From positions 39,148 through 103,147 of the forward strand of contig CANQNG010000001.1 in the NCBI GenBank assembly GCA_947625155.1: DNA of 64,000 bases, in the 5' to 3' direction. Of the stretch, positions 17,339 through 26,684 are shown one piece after another. Each line of letters begins with the position of its first letter. The first letter of the stretch is position 1. The translations under genes were made by a program, and so were the position numbers. Source of the stretch: an uncultured Clostridia bacterium. Its GTDB lineage: Bacteria > Bacillota > Clostridia > Oscillospirales > Ruminococcaceae. Under the pieces are notes generated by a model. That model worked only from the letters and a program-made list of their open reading frames with translations. It made no database searches and was not told the origin of the DNA.

Positions 17339-19927
17339 ATGAAAGGACTTACCGCCGCACAGGCAAAGGAGCGTCTTGCCAAATATGGCAAAAATCAGCT
17401 CACTCAGGTCAGACCGCCCGGACCTGTGCGGATCTTCTTTTCACAATTCAAAGATGCCATGGTGCTGATCCTGCTGGCAGCCACGGCGATCTCAGCACTT
17501 CTCGGAGAGTGGACAGATGCCGTCACCATTGTCGTCATTGTGATCCTGAATGCTGTGCTTGGTTTCATTCAGGAATACCGGACGGAAAAGACCCTCGAAG
17601 CCCTGCGGAACATGACCGCACCGGCTGCAAAAGTCTGGCGGGACGGCGTGTTACAGGAACTTCCGGCAGAGGAACTTGTGCCGGGGGATGTGATCGCTCT
17701 GGAAGCAGGGGATCGCGTGCCGGCGGACTGCCTGCTGCTGCATGCCAGCCGTCTCTATGCCAACGAATCCATACTCACCGGAGAAGCCGAACCCATTGAA
17801 AAATGCCCCGGTATCGGCAAAACGGAGCTGAATGGTTTACACCTGCCGTACATCGTATACAGCGGCACAGCGATCACCCGTGGCACGGGCACGGCGGAAG
17901 TCACCGCAACCGGGAAAAATACACAGATGGGGCAGATCTCCGGTATGCTCTCCACGATCGAACGCTCCGAAACGCCCCTGCAAAAGCGCCTTGGGGAGCT
18001 TGGCAAAGTGCTGGCGTTCATTTGTATCGGCGTGTGCATAGCGGTTTTTGCGGCAGGTGTGCTGCGGGGCGAACCGGTGCTGGATATGCTGATGACGGGC
18101 ATTTCCATTGCGATCGCAGCCATTCCGGAAGGACTTCCGGCAACAGTCACGATCGCCCTTGCTCTTGCGGTCAGCAGGATGATGAAGCACAAGGCACTTG
18201 TCAACCGTCTGCACAGTGTGGAAACGCTTGGCTGTACGTCTGTTATCTGTTCTGACAAAACGGGGACGATCACCGAAAACCGTATGACCGTTACTCGTAT
18301 CGAAACAGCGGAACAGAGCTTTACCGTCAGCGGCAGTGCGCAGAAAATGGAGGGCGCCATTCTGGAAAACGGCAGGCATGTGGTGCTTTCCGGTATCCCG
18401 GCACTGCATGGGCTTCTGCGGTGTGCAGTGCTTTGCAACAACGGGGAACTGACGGCTGTCGGAAACGGTTCATGGACAGCAGTCGGAGACCCGACTGAAA
18501 CTGCCCTGCTTGCCGCAGCGGCAAAGGAAAGCGTTTCTGCCAAGACCCTTGGCTTCACCCGCATAGAGGAAGAACCATTCGAGAGCGACACCCGCTGCAT
18601 GGCTGTACTGGTGCGGAAAGGCAGGGAACGGCTTGTCTGTGCCAAGGGAGCTGTGGATGTGATGATCCGCCGGTGCAGCCATGTACGGACAAAAAACGGC
18701 GACATTCCGCTGACCTCTTCCCTTGAAAAAAACATCCTTGCCAAGGCAGAGGCACTTTCGGAGGAGGCACTTCGGGTGCTTGCCTTTGCGGAAAAGCCCT
18801 GCGGCAGTTTAGCCGAGAGCCGCAGCGGTATGGTGTTCCTCGGCTTGACAGGTATGCTTGACCCGCCCCGTCCGGAAGCCAAGGAAGCCATTCGCACCTG
18901 TGCGGCAGCTTCGGTACGGACTGTCATGATCACCGGCGACCACAAAAAAACAGCCGCTGCCATTGCCCGGAAAGCCGGACTGCTGCGGGGCGGGGAAGTC
19001 GTCACAGGGGATGAGCTTGACCTGATGACGGACGAACAGCTTGACCGGAGACTGCCGCATATTTCGGTATTTGCCCGTGTCGGTCCCTCGCACAAACTCC
19101 GGTTGGTGCGAGCATTCAAACGAGCCGGAAATATCGTCACCATGACAGGCGACGGTGTCAACGATGCCCCTGCCATCAAGGAAGCGGACGTGGGTGTTGC
19201 CATGGGTGCAAGCGGCACAGATGTTGCAAAACAGGCAGCAGATGTCATTTTAATGGATGACAACCTTGCCACCCTTGTCAGGGCAGTGGAGCAGGGGAGA
19301 TGTATTTATGCCAATATCCGAAAATTTGTCCGCTATCTGCTCTCCTGCAACATCGGGGAAGTGATCACCATGTTTTTGGGCATCCTGATGGGGATGCCGG
19401 TCGTCCTGCTGCCGGTGCAGCTTCTTTTGGTGAATTTGGCTACGGATGGCTTGCCGGCGATCGCACTCGGACTGGAGCCACCGGAAAAGAACCTGATGAA
19501 ACGCCCGCCCCGCAGACCGGACGAGAGCTTCTTTGCGGACGGACTGCTCAGCCGTATCGTATGGCGTGGTATCATGATCGGGCTGTGTACCTTGGGTTCA
19601 TTCAGTACAGCGCTGCGCTTTGGCGGTACACTCACGGAGGCAAGGACAGCAGCTTTGCTGACGCTGGTAGCTTCACAGCTCATCCACGTCTTTGAATGCA
19701 AATCCGAGCATGGCACACTGTTCCGGGTGCAGTATTTTTCCAACTGGAAGCTCATCGGTGCTGTGCTGGTGTCCGCCTTGATGATGGTGCTGACGATCTG
19801 GTTCCCGCCGATGCAGGGGCTTTTCTCGACAGCGCCGCTGTATGGAAAAATTCTCTGGCAGGCACTGGCATTTTCCTTTGCTGTGCCAATTTTTACCGCA
19901 GTCTTTGTCCCGAAAGAACGTACATAA
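17339..19927 (+). CDS. Cation-transporting P-type ATPase (Ca2+/SERCA-PMCA-like, YloB type)
   Basis: The ORF begins at 17324. The ATG at 17339 has good spacing from GGGAGGG. Phosphorylation motif CSDKTGTITENRM, TGES-type motif LTGEAEP, hinge MTGDGVNDAPAIKEADVGVAMG, PEGLP in M4, and about 10 TM segments. Confidence 0.92.
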   Translation: MKGLTAAQAKERLAKYGKNQLTQVRPPGPVRIFFSQFKDAMVLILLAATAISALLGEWTDAVTIVVIVILNAVLGFIQEYRTEKTLEALRNMTAPAAKVWRDGVLQELPAEELVPGDVIALEAGDRVPADCLLLHASRLYANESILTGEAEPIEKCPGIGKTELNGLHLPYIVYSGTAITRGTGTAEVTATGKNTQMGQISGMLSTIERSETPLQKRLGELGKVLAFICIGVCIAVFAAGVLRGEPVLDMLMTGISIAIAAIPEGLPATVTIALALAVSRMMKHKALVNRLHSVETLGCTSVICSDKTGTITENRMTVTRIETAEQSFTVSGSAQKMEGAILENGRHVVLSGIPALHGLLRCAVLCNNGELTAVGNGSWTAVGDPTETALLAAAAKESVSAKTLGFTRIEEEPFESDTRCMAVLVRKGRERLVCAKGAVDVMIRRCSHVRTKNGDIPLTSSLEKNILAKAEALSEEALRVLAFAEKPCGSLAESRSGMVFLGLTGMLDPPRPEAKEAIRTCAAASVRTVMITGDHKKTAAAIARKAGLLRGGEVVTGDELDLMTDEQLDRRLPHISVFARVGPSHKLRLVRAFKRAGNIVTMTGDGVNDAPAIKEADVGVAMGASGTDVAKQAADVILMDDNLATLVRAVEQGRCIYANIRKFVRYLLSCNIGEVITMFLGILMGMPVVLLPVQLLLVNLATDGLPAIALGLEPPEKNLMKRPPRRPDESFFADGLLSRIVWRGIMIGLCTLGSFSTALRFGGTLTEARTAALLTLVASQLIHVFECKSEHGTLFRVQYFSNWKLIGAVLVSALMMVLTIWFPPMQGLFSTAPLYGKILWQALAFSFAVPIFTAVFVPKERT

Positions 19928-19934
19928 CAGCAGA

Positions 19935-19971
19935 ACGCAGCATCCGTCCGGGTGCTGCGTATGCGTTTTTT
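19935..19971 (+). terminator. Intrinsic terminator after the P-type ATPase gene
   Basis: Stem ACGCAGCA / TGCTGCGT followed closely by a TTTTTT run. Confidence 0.7.
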
Positions 19972-20019
19972 GACTGATTTTTCCCGGAAACTTTTCAGAA
20001 AGTCTGTGAAAAGATCCCC

Positions 20020-20048
20020 TTGCATCCCGGTGAAAAATATGATAAAAT
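20020..20048 (+). promoter_or_regulatory. Sigma-A type promoter upstream of the DUF2798-like gene
   Basis: TTGCAT (20020-20025), 17-nt spacer, TAAAAT (20043-20048). It leaves a leader of roughly 130 nt. Confidence 0.55.
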
Positions 20049-20183
20049 AAACTTATACAATATATGACAGGCAGAGGCACATGCAGTACACAGGTACATA
20101 GATCTGATCACGGTATTGCCAGCAGATCACGTACCGGAAAGGAAACATGTGTCTTTCTCTGCCAGAAAGAGAGGATCTTTTCT

Positions 20184-20744
20184 ATGCCAAGAACACAATT
20201 AGAACGTATGCTGTTTGCCTTGATGACCGTCATTATCACAGTACATGCCTATGTATTTTACAGTCTGTATGTTGTGAACGGTGCGACATTCACCGCTGCG
20301 ACCGGAGAAGCTCATGTGCTGGATGCGATCCGGCAGATGGGAGGCGTTTCTGTACTGGGAAAAGCCGTTCCGATCTGGGCAGTGGTACTGATCGAATTTC
20401 TCCTTGCCTACACACTGGAGATCTTGGTAGGCAGTCCGTGTTCTTTCCGGCTAGCTTGCAGAGTATTTGACCCCCGTGAAACGCATCCGGTATTGTTTGA
20501 AACGGCGATCATCTGCGCCACAGTCGGCATCATGTGCCCGGCAATGAGCTTTTTGGCAGCCATTTTGTATTACCCGTTCCAGTATATGGATCTTGATCTT
20601 CTGACCCTGCTGGCGAACTGGATAAAGCTGGTCTGCTATAACCTGCCGTTTGCATTCTTTTCACAGCTCCTGTTCATCCAGCCGCTTGTCCGCACCTGTT
20701 TCAGAGCGCTGATGCACCGCAGCGCAGCAGCTGTCAAGTCATAA
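20184..20744 (+). CDS. Membrane protein, DUF2798-like
   Basis: Trimmed from ORF 20064..20744 to the ATG at 20184. The N-terminus (MPRTQLERMLFALMTVIITVHAYVFYSLYVV) and the repeated hydrophobic halves resemble DUF2798 proteins. The assignment is from memory of the family pattern only. Confidence 0.5.
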   Translation: MPRTQLERMLFALMTVIITVHAYVFYSLYVVNGATFTAATGEAHVLDAIRQMGGVSVLGKAVPIWAVVLIEFLLAYTLEILVGSPCSFRLACRVFDPRETHPVLFETAIICATVGIMCPAMSFLAAILYYPFQYMDLDLLTLLANWIKLVCYNLPFAFFSQLLFIQPLVRTCFRALMHRSAAAVKS

Positions 20745-20754
20745 CATACACAAT

Positions 20755-20790
20755 AGATCCCCGATGCAAGCGAGGCTGCATCGGAGATCT
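20755..20790. terminator. Hairpin between convergent genes (possible bidirectional terminator)
   Basis: Stem CCGATGCA / TGCATCGG, extended by flanking AGATC / GATCT pairs. It lies between the 3' ends of the DUF2798-like (+) and DUF4364-like (-) genes. Confidence 0.5.
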
Positions 20791-20844
20791 TGCTTTAAGG
20801 TAACAACGTACAAAGCCTTCAGGCAGTCTTTGTGCGATGTTGCC

Positions 20845-21450
20845 TTAGTTATCAGATAGATCGATCGGTTCTTCTTCCAGCCGCATGACGGTCTGCATGA
20901 CCTCGTGATAGAGGACGGAGGGGTTGGAGAGCACCCGTTCACCGAGTGCTTCCGCCTGTTTCCGGTCAGGCGTGAAGAGCTTCAGCTCCAGAAGCGGCAG
21001 CGCTCTGTCATACAGCGTCACATGCAGGTGACAGCCCTGCTCCAGCGGCTCGTAAGAAATTTTCACATCCCGTTTGTTCCGCTGTTTCCGCAGTGCTCGT
21101 GTGACCGCAAGAACGATCTCATCCCGGTAGGATCTGGCAGCAATGCTTTTGAGGCGGCGTGCGCATTCGACCCCGGTCGGTGTCAGGCGCAGGAGCTGTT
21201 CACCACGGGCATTCGTGATCGTTTCGACCGAACCGAGGGACTTTACTTCTTCCAGTGCCTCTTGGTAGGTAAAGTAATTGATAATGCCCCCCGTGACTGC
21301 CACATCATAGAGCAGTTCCTGTTCCACAGGTCCGTCCACCCGGTAGAGCAGATAGCACAGGAGAATATTGGCGACCGCAGGATCGGCAATGCTCCTGTCT
21401 GCCTTTTCGGACATTTTCAGCAGGTTCTCTTCCTGCATCTTTTTTTTCAT
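20845..21450 (-). CDS. DUF4364 family protein (winged-helix-like), last gene of the aro operon
   Basis: 201 aa. The pattern NILLCYLLYRVDGPVEQELLYDVAVTGGIINYFTYQEALEEV...LRLTPTGVE resembles the DUF4364 N-terminal region. It starts 14 nt downstream of the aroC stop. Confidence 0.6.
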   Translation of the reverse strand: MKKKMQEENLLKMSEKADRSIADPAVANILLCYLLYRVDGPVEQELLYDVAVTGGIINYFTYQEALEEVKSLGSVETITNARGEQLLRLTPTGVECARRLKSIAARSYRDEIVLAVTRALRKQRNKRDVKISYEPLEQGCHLHVTLYDRALPLLELKLFTPDRKQAEALGERVLSNPSVLYHEVMQTVMRLEEEPIDLSDN

Positions 21451-21464
21451 GCAGACCCCTCCGT

Positions 21465-22544
21465 TTAACCGGTGAAGTGCGGATAGTCCAGCATATGCAT
21501 CAGCAAGGCGATATTGACCGCTGCCTCCACGCAGGGGACAGCTTTCGGTACGGCGCAGACATCGGCATTTTTCTGCCCCGGAACGCTCTCATTTTGCATC
21601 GTGGAAAGGTTGACCGTCTCCTGCGCATTTCCCAGAGAAGCCGGCGGCGCAAATGCGACCCGCACCACGATCGGCATCCCGGAGGAAATGCCGCCTAACG
21701 TTCCGCCGTGGTTGTTGGAGCTTGTCCGGATATGCCCGTGATCGTTCACATAAAAGCTGTCATTGTGCTGACTGCCGGACATGCGTGCCGCACGGAAGCC
21801 AGCCCCGAATTCCAGCCCCCGCACACCGGGGATACCGAACATGAGCTGTGCAATGGTATTCTCCAGCCCGTCAAAGATCGGAGAACCGATCCCGGCAGGC
21901 ACATTCACGGAAACACACTCCACAACGCCGCCAAGTGTCTCGCCGCCCTCCGCAGCGGCATGGATGTCGTTGAGCATTTTCTTTCCCTGCCGGGTATTGA
22001 TAACAGGAAAACTCTTGAAGCGCACGGCAAGAATGTCCTCCTTGGTGACCTGTGTGTGGTCGAATTCCTTGTCCTTGATGCCATGGATCTCCAGTGCGTG
22101 TGCGCCCGTGTAGATACCCCGCCGTTCGAGGATCTGTCCGCACACCGCCCCTGCAAAGCAAAGCGGTGTCATGAGCCGTTCTGAGAGATGTCCGCCGTCC
22201 CGGATGTCATTGAATCCCCTGTACCGGAGCGTTCCGGTATAGTCCGCATGACCGGGGCGGGGGAGACGGTTGAGCTGTGCAAGGCTGGGTGCCTGCACCT
22301 GTGTGTTCTGGATGAAAGCACACAGCGGCGAGCCGGTCGTTCTGTCGTTCATAATGCCCGACATGACCTGCAAAAAATTGCCTCCCTCATGCACACCGGG
22401 CTCTCTGCGTTCCAGAAAGCGGTGCAGCAGGGAAAGATCCAGATATTCACCGGGCGGCAGGTTGTCCACAGTCACACCGATCGCAGGACCTTGTGCCTCT
22501 CCGAAAACAGAAACAGAAATACGATCATTCCAAACGGATGCCAT
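21465..22544 (-). CDS. aroC: Chorismate synthase
   Basis: The ORF extends to 22550 (TTG). The ATG at 22544 lies 8 nt from GGAGG. Motifs: SVFGEAQGPAIGVTVDNLPPG, RPGHADYTG, GGHLSERLM, GGISSGMPIV. Confidence 0.93.
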   Translation of the reverse strand: MASVWNDRISVSVFGEAQGPAIGVTVDNLPPGEYLDLSLLHRFLERREPGVHEGGNFLQVMSGIMNDRTTGSPLCAFIQNTQVQAPSLAQLNRLPRPGHADYTGTLRYRGFNDIRDGGHLSERLMTPLCFAGAVCGQILERRGIYTGAHALEIHGIKDKEFDHTQVTKEDILAVRFKSFPVINTRQGKKMLNDIHAAAEGGETLGGVVECVSVNVPAGIGSPIFDGLENTIAQLMFGIPGVRGLEFGAGFRAARMSGSQHNDSFYVNDHGHIRTSSNNHGGTLGGISSGMPIVVRVAFAPPASLGNAQETVNLSTMQNESVPGQKNADVCAVPKAVPCVEAAVNIALLMHMLDYPHFTG

Positions 22545-23754
22545 TGGCAATTCCTCCTAAAGCTTGATAGTCCTCAAAAAAGGCAGGATAGGATTTTTCC
22601 ACGCACTCTGCCCCCTTGATCGTGACGGGCGCATCTGCCCTTGTTGCTGCAATGGCAGCACACATGGCGATCCTGTGATCGCCCGCACTGGAGATCGTGC
22701 CCCCGTGAAGCGTTCCGGTCGGGTGTATCTCCAGTCCGTCCGGAAAGATACGCACATCGCCGCCGAGCGTGTTCAGCAGGGAAGCGGTCGTTTCCAGACG
22801 GTCGCTCTCCTTGATGCGCAGTCGTTCTGCGCCGGTGATCCTTGTGATACACGGCGCAAAGTTTGCTGCCACCGCAGTGATCGGTACAAGATCAGGGATG
22901 TCCGAGGCATCCACCGTGCAGACCCCGTTTGTCCCGTACATTTCTTTCAGGATGTCTGCCATCCGTCTGTCGCCTTGTACGGAATTTTCCGGCATGTTGG
23001 CAAGTGTCACGGAAGACCCGAGCGCATTGGCGGCAAGGAAGAATGCTGCCTGTGAGAAGTCTCCCTCCACCCGTTCCTGAACAGGCTGAAAGCGCTGTCC
23101 GCCCGGTATGCGGTAGCCGTCTGCGGTTTCCATGACCGTGACCCCGAAGCGTTTCAGGCAGTCGATCGTCATATCCGCATAAGGTCTCGATTGCAGGGGC
23201 GAGGTAAGACAGATCTCTGAGTCTCCTTCCAGCAGAGGCAGTGCCAGCAGCAGCCCCGTCACGAACTGGGAGGAAATATCCCCCTCCAGCATAAATTTCC
23301 CGCTCCGGAGCTGTCCCTTTACCGTAAAGGGCATCGTGTTCTGGTAGTCAAAGGCAACGCCTTTTCCGGAAAATTCCCGCAGATAGGGCGTAATGGGGCG
23401 CTGTGGAAGCCTGCCCTGTCCCCGGAATCCTGTTTCCGTCCCTAGAGCTGCTGCCACCGGGATAAGGAACCGCAGTGTCGAGCCGCTTTCACAGCAATCG
23501 GCAATGCAGCTTGCCGCAGGTCTCTGGATACCTGTCACTGTGACCGTATCTCCCTCGACCTGAAAGTCAGCCCCAAACGCTTTCATCACGGAGATCGTCG
23601 CCTCAATATCCTTGGAAAAGCTCACCCCCGTGATACAGGAGACCCCGTCTGCCAGCCCCGCACAGATGAGCAGCCTGTGTGCCATGCTCTTAGAGGCAGG
23701 GACAGCGACCGTTCCTGCGAGCCGGTGCGGTGTAATGACAAGATCCATCCTCAC
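22525..23754 (-). CDS. aroA: 3-phosphoshikimate 1-carboxyvinyltransferase (EPSP synthase)
   Basis: 409 aa. Motifs: PASKSMAHRLLICAGLA, GSTLRFLIP, RPITPYL, and the C-terminal DHRIAMCAAIAA. The start is either GTG at 23754 (4-nt overlap with aroB) or ATG at 23748. Confidence 0.92.
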   Translation of the reverse strand: MRMDLVITPHRLAGTVAVPASKSMAHRLLICAGLADGVSCITGVSFSKDIEATISVMKAFGADFQVEGDTVTVTGIQRPAASCIADCCESGSTLRFLIPVAAALGTETGFRGQGRLPQRPITPYLREFSGKGVAFDYQNTMPFTVKGQLRSGKFMLEGDISSQFVTGLLLALPLLEGDSEICLTSPLQSRPYADMTIDCLKRFGVTVMETADGYRIPGGQRFQPVQERVEGDFSQAAFFLAANALGSSVTLANMPENSVQGDRRMADILKEMYGTNGVCTVDASDIPDLVPITAVAANFAPCITRITGAERLRIKESDRLETTASLLNTLGGDVRIFPDGLEIHPTGTLHGGTISSAGDHRIAMCAAIAATRADAPVTIKGAECVEKSYPAFFEDYQALGGIANGIRLE

Positions 23755-24800
23755 ACCGTCCTTTCAAAGTGTTTCCGGAATCCCGGCAGGGTGTCGCAGT
23801 GTATCTTTGCCTGTCCGATAGGGGAGCAGACGATATAGCGCAGTTCGCCGCCGGAGCGCTTCTTGTCGTGTCCGCACAGATCCAACAACTCCGTCAGGCT
23901 GACCGGCACATCCGACGGCAAGCCATACTGCGCCACGCAGCCGCAGAGCTTCTTCCAGTCCTCTGTGTCGCCGCAGTACCGTGTCATCAGGCACATCCCG
24001 GCAGCGACTGCACAGCCGTGTGTGATACCCTCATAGTGATAATACGCTTCAATGGCATGACCGAGCGTATGCCCGAAATTCAGGATCATGCGCAGTCCGG
24101 ATTCCTTTTCATCCTCTCCCACGACATCCCGCTTGATACCCACACAGACCGGGATGATCTCATCCAAATGCGTCTGCACATTGTCGATATGACAGCAGCA
24201 CAACAGGTCAAAGAGCTGTCTGTCAGCGATCATGCCGTACTTGATGACCTCCCCCATGCCGTCGATGAGGAATCCCCTCGGCAGCGTAGAGAGGGTATCG
24301 GGGTCACAAAGCACCACATCAGGCTGATAGAATGCACCGACCAGATTTTTGCCCTCCGGCAGGTCGATGGCAGTTTTGCCGCCGACCGAGGAATCGACCT
24401 GTGCCAGCAGGGAAGTGGGTATCTGCACATAATGGATGCCCCGCAGATAGGTCGCAGCCGCATAGCCTGTCAGATCGCCCACAACGCCTCCGCCGAGTGC
24501 GATCAGACAGTCGGAGCGTGTGATCTCTTTCTGACAGAGAAAGGTATAGATCTGCATCAAAGTGCCGGCATTCTTAGAGCGCTCTCCATGCGGAAAGACG
24601 AACAGCTCCGTCCGGTATCCGGCATCCTGCAGGGATCTGGCAACAGTATCGCTGTAGAGAGGCGCTACATTGTCATCAGAGATGATGACACAGGTGCGGC
24701 TCCCGATCAGGTTTTTTATCAGCGTTCCGCAGTTTTTCAGAATGTCCCGTCCGATCAGCACGTCATAGGGCTTCCCGGTGGGGACATGGATCGTTTTCAT
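23751..24800 (-). CDS. aroB: 3-dehydroquinate synthase
   Basis: Trimmed from ORF 23751..24968 to the ATG at 24800, which lies 9 nt after GGAGG. Motifs: GGGVVGDLTGYAAATYLRGIHYVQIPTSLLAQVDSSVGGKT, and NFGHTLGHAIE with the metal-binding His residues. Confidence 0.92.
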   Translation of the reverse strand: MKTIHVPTGKPYDVLIGRDILKNCGTLIKNLIGSRTCVIISDDNVAPLYSDTVARSLQDAGYRTELFVFPHGERSKNAGTLMQIYTFLCQKEITRSDCLIALGGGVVGDLTGYAAATYLRGIHYVQIPTSLLAQVDSSVGGKTAIDLPEGKNLVGAFYQPDVVLCDPDTLSTLPRGFLIDGMGEVIKYGMIADRQLFDLLCCCHIDNVQTHLDEIIPVCVGIKRDVVGEDEKESGLRMILNFGHTLGHAIEAYYHYEGITHGCAVAAGMCLMTRYCGDTEDWKKLCGCVAQYGLPSDVPVSLTELLDLCGHDKKRSGGELRYIVCSPIGQAKIHCDTLPGFRKHFERTV

Positions 24801-24848
24801 GATATTCATCCTCCTTGGATCTCTGTCAGGGTAAGACCCCCTACTATA

Positions 24849-24877
24849 ATCATACCCAATTTCCAGAAATTTGTCAA
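24849..24877 (-). promoter_or_regulatory. Sigma-A type promoter of the aroB-aroA-aroC operon
   Basis: On the minus strand: TTGACA (24877-24872), 17-nt spacer, TATGAT (24854-24849). Confidence 0.65.
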
Positions 24878-24964
24878 GAGATACAAGCACATTTCTTGCA
24901 GAAAAATGTGTTTCCGACCGTTTTCTGATGTTCCGGAGCAAAAACAGGTGTTTCCTGCTCGTCC

Positions 24965-24993
24965 GCATATTCCGGACAGATCAGGCATATGAT
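24965..24993 (+). promoter_or_regulatory. Sigma-E-like (mother-cell) promoter upstream of spoIIIAA
   Basis: GCATATT (24965-24971), 14-nt spacer, CATATGAT (24986-24993). The Bacillus sigma-E consensus as I remember it is (G/T)(A/C)ATA(A/T)(A/T)-N14-CATACA(A/C)T. The site lies 60 nt upstream of the spoIIIAA ATG. Confidence 0.45.
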
Positions 24994-25054
24994 CTTCTAA
25001 GAGCAGAAGCAGAGAGCCGCTGCCGATTTCTTCAGAAAGGATGAAAAAGAATAG

Positions 25055-25966
25055 ATGAAAGCTTTAGACAACCTGAAAAGCACCCTTGAGTACTTGCCCG
25101 CTGCCGTTCGCCGCAGTCTCCAGAGGATACCGGACAGCCGTCTTGCCCGTGTGCAGGAGATCCGCCTGCGCAGCAGCCGACCTGTGGGCATCGCAGAAAG
25201 CGGACGGGAACAGTTCCTGACAGCAAACGGCACGCTCACCCTCCAGCCGGAAGCTGCCCTGACTGTCAGTGCGGACGACATTGCCCGTTCCTTTCAGGCA
25301 GTGGTGTCCTATTCGGTCTACAGCCATGAGCAGGACACGGCAGAGGGCTACGTGACCATCCGGGGCGGATGCCGTGTCGGCATCTGCGGAAGCGCTGTCC
25401 GGCAGGGCGGCAGGGTGCAGTCCGTGCGGAACATCAGCGGACTGAATTTCCGCATTGCCGGAGAATATCTTGGCACAGCGGCATCCGTCATGCGGCAGGT
25501 AGGGCAGGGGAGCAGCCTGCTGGTCGCCGGCGAAGTGGGCAGCGGAAAGACGACCTTTCTTCGGGACATTTGCCGGATGCTGGGGAACAGTTACCGGACT
25601 GCTCTGATCGATGAACGGGGAGAGCTTGCCGCCGTGCTGCGGGGCGTGCCGCAGAATGATGTCGGGCTGATGACAGATGTACTGGACGGCTACCCACGTG
25701 CAGCAGGGATCCGCACAGCGCTGCGGGTACTCACACCGGACTACATCGTCTGCGACGAGATCGGCACACTGGAGGATGCCGAAGCCATTTTGCAGGCAAG
25801 CGGCTGCGGCGTGCGGTTTGCGGCATCTGCCCATGCGGGCAGCATAGATGACCTAAAACGCCGCACAGTATTGCAGCCGCTGCTCGAAGCGGACGTGTTT
25901 CGCTATGCGGTGCTGCTCGGCGGGAACGGACGGGTACAGACGCTCCGGAGGTTACAGACGGTATGA
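25055..25966 (+). CDS. spoIIIAA: Stage III sporulation protein AA (ATPase)
   Basis: 303 aa. Walker A GEVGSGKTTFLRD, Walker B-like YIVCDEIG, and it is the first gene of an eight-gene spoIIIA-type operon. Confidence 0.9.
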   Translation: MKALDNLKSTLEYLPAAVRRSLQRIPDSRLARVQEIRLRSSRPVGIAESGREQFLTANGTLTLQPEAALTVSADDIARSFQAVVSYSVYSHEQDTAEGYVTIRGGCRVGICGSAVRQGGRVQSVRNISGLNFRIAGEYLGTAASVMRQVGQGSSLLVAGEVGSGKTTFLRDICRMLGNSYRTALIDERGELAAVLRGVPQNDVGLMTDVLDGYPRAAGIRTALRVLTPDYIVCDEIGTLEDAEAILQASGCGVRFAASAHAGSIDDLKRRTVLQPLLEADVFRYAVLLGGNGRVQTLRRLQTV

Positions 25967-26463
25967 AGCTGCTCGGACTGCTTTGCATTCTGCTTGCGTG
26001 TACGGGGGCAGGACTGTATGCCTCCGCCCGCCTGAAGCGTGAGACAAGGGCAGCGGAGCTGCTCATGGCACTGACAGAGGACTGTGCTGCCTGTATCCGT
26101 TGTCAGAATACAGAACTGCGGGAGCTGCTCGGACAACTGGCAGTACACCCGAATTACAGCAGGTTCGGTTTCCTGAAAGCTGTCAGCGAGGGACTTTCCC
26201 CCAGCACACCGCCGCAGGAGGTCTGGCAGAAAGCGGTCCGGAGCGACCCGGCAGTGCCGGCACAGGCGAGGGAGATCTTATGCAGCCTTGGAAATGTGCT
26301 TGGTACGACGGATACGCAGGGGCAGCTTGCAGCGCTGGAGCTGCACCGGATACAGCTCCGTGCGGCAGCAGGGGAGAGCCGGGAAAGGTATACTGTACAG
26401 GGAAAGCTCTACCGTTCGCTCGGGCTGCTTGGCGGGGCAGCGGCAGTGGTACTGCTCCTGTAA
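25963..26463 (+). CDS. spoIIIAB: Stage III sporulation protein AB
   Basis: 166 aa. N-terminal TM helix, ATGA overlap with spoIIIAA, and position and size typical of SpoIIIAB. Confidence 0.8.
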   Translation: MKLLGLLCILLACTGAGLYASARLKRETRAAELLMALTEDCAACIRCQNTELRELLGQLAVHPNYSRFGFLKAVSEGLSPSTPPQEVWQKAVRSDPAVPAQAREILCSLGNVLGTTDTQGQLAALELHRIQLRAAAGESRERYTVQGKLYRSLGLLGGAAAVVLLL

Positions 26464-26489
26464 GGTCAGCGGGAAAATGGAGGACTACA

Positions 26490-26684
26490 ATGGACATCGA
26501 CCTGATCTTCAAAATTGCCGGTACGGGTATCATCGTCGCCGTACTGAGCCTTGTGCTGAAAAAAGCGGAGCGTGACGAGCAGGCAATGATGACCACGCTT
26601 GCCGGGCTGATCGTGGTGCTGATGCTGGTCATTGACCAGATCAGCGAGTTGTTCAATACGGTCAAGGCGGTATTCGGATTATGA
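26490..26684 (+). CDS. spoIIIAC: Stage III sporulation protein AC
   Basis: 64-aa two-TM protein MDIDLIFKIAGTGIIVAVLSLVLKKAERDEQAMMTTLAGLIVVLMLV..., which matches the highly conserved SpoIIIAC pattern. It sits inside the longer spurious ORF 26100..26684. Confidence 0.88.
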   Translation: MDIDLIFKIAGTGIIVAVLSLVLKKAERDEQAMMTTLAGLIVVLMLVIDQISELFNTVKAVFGL

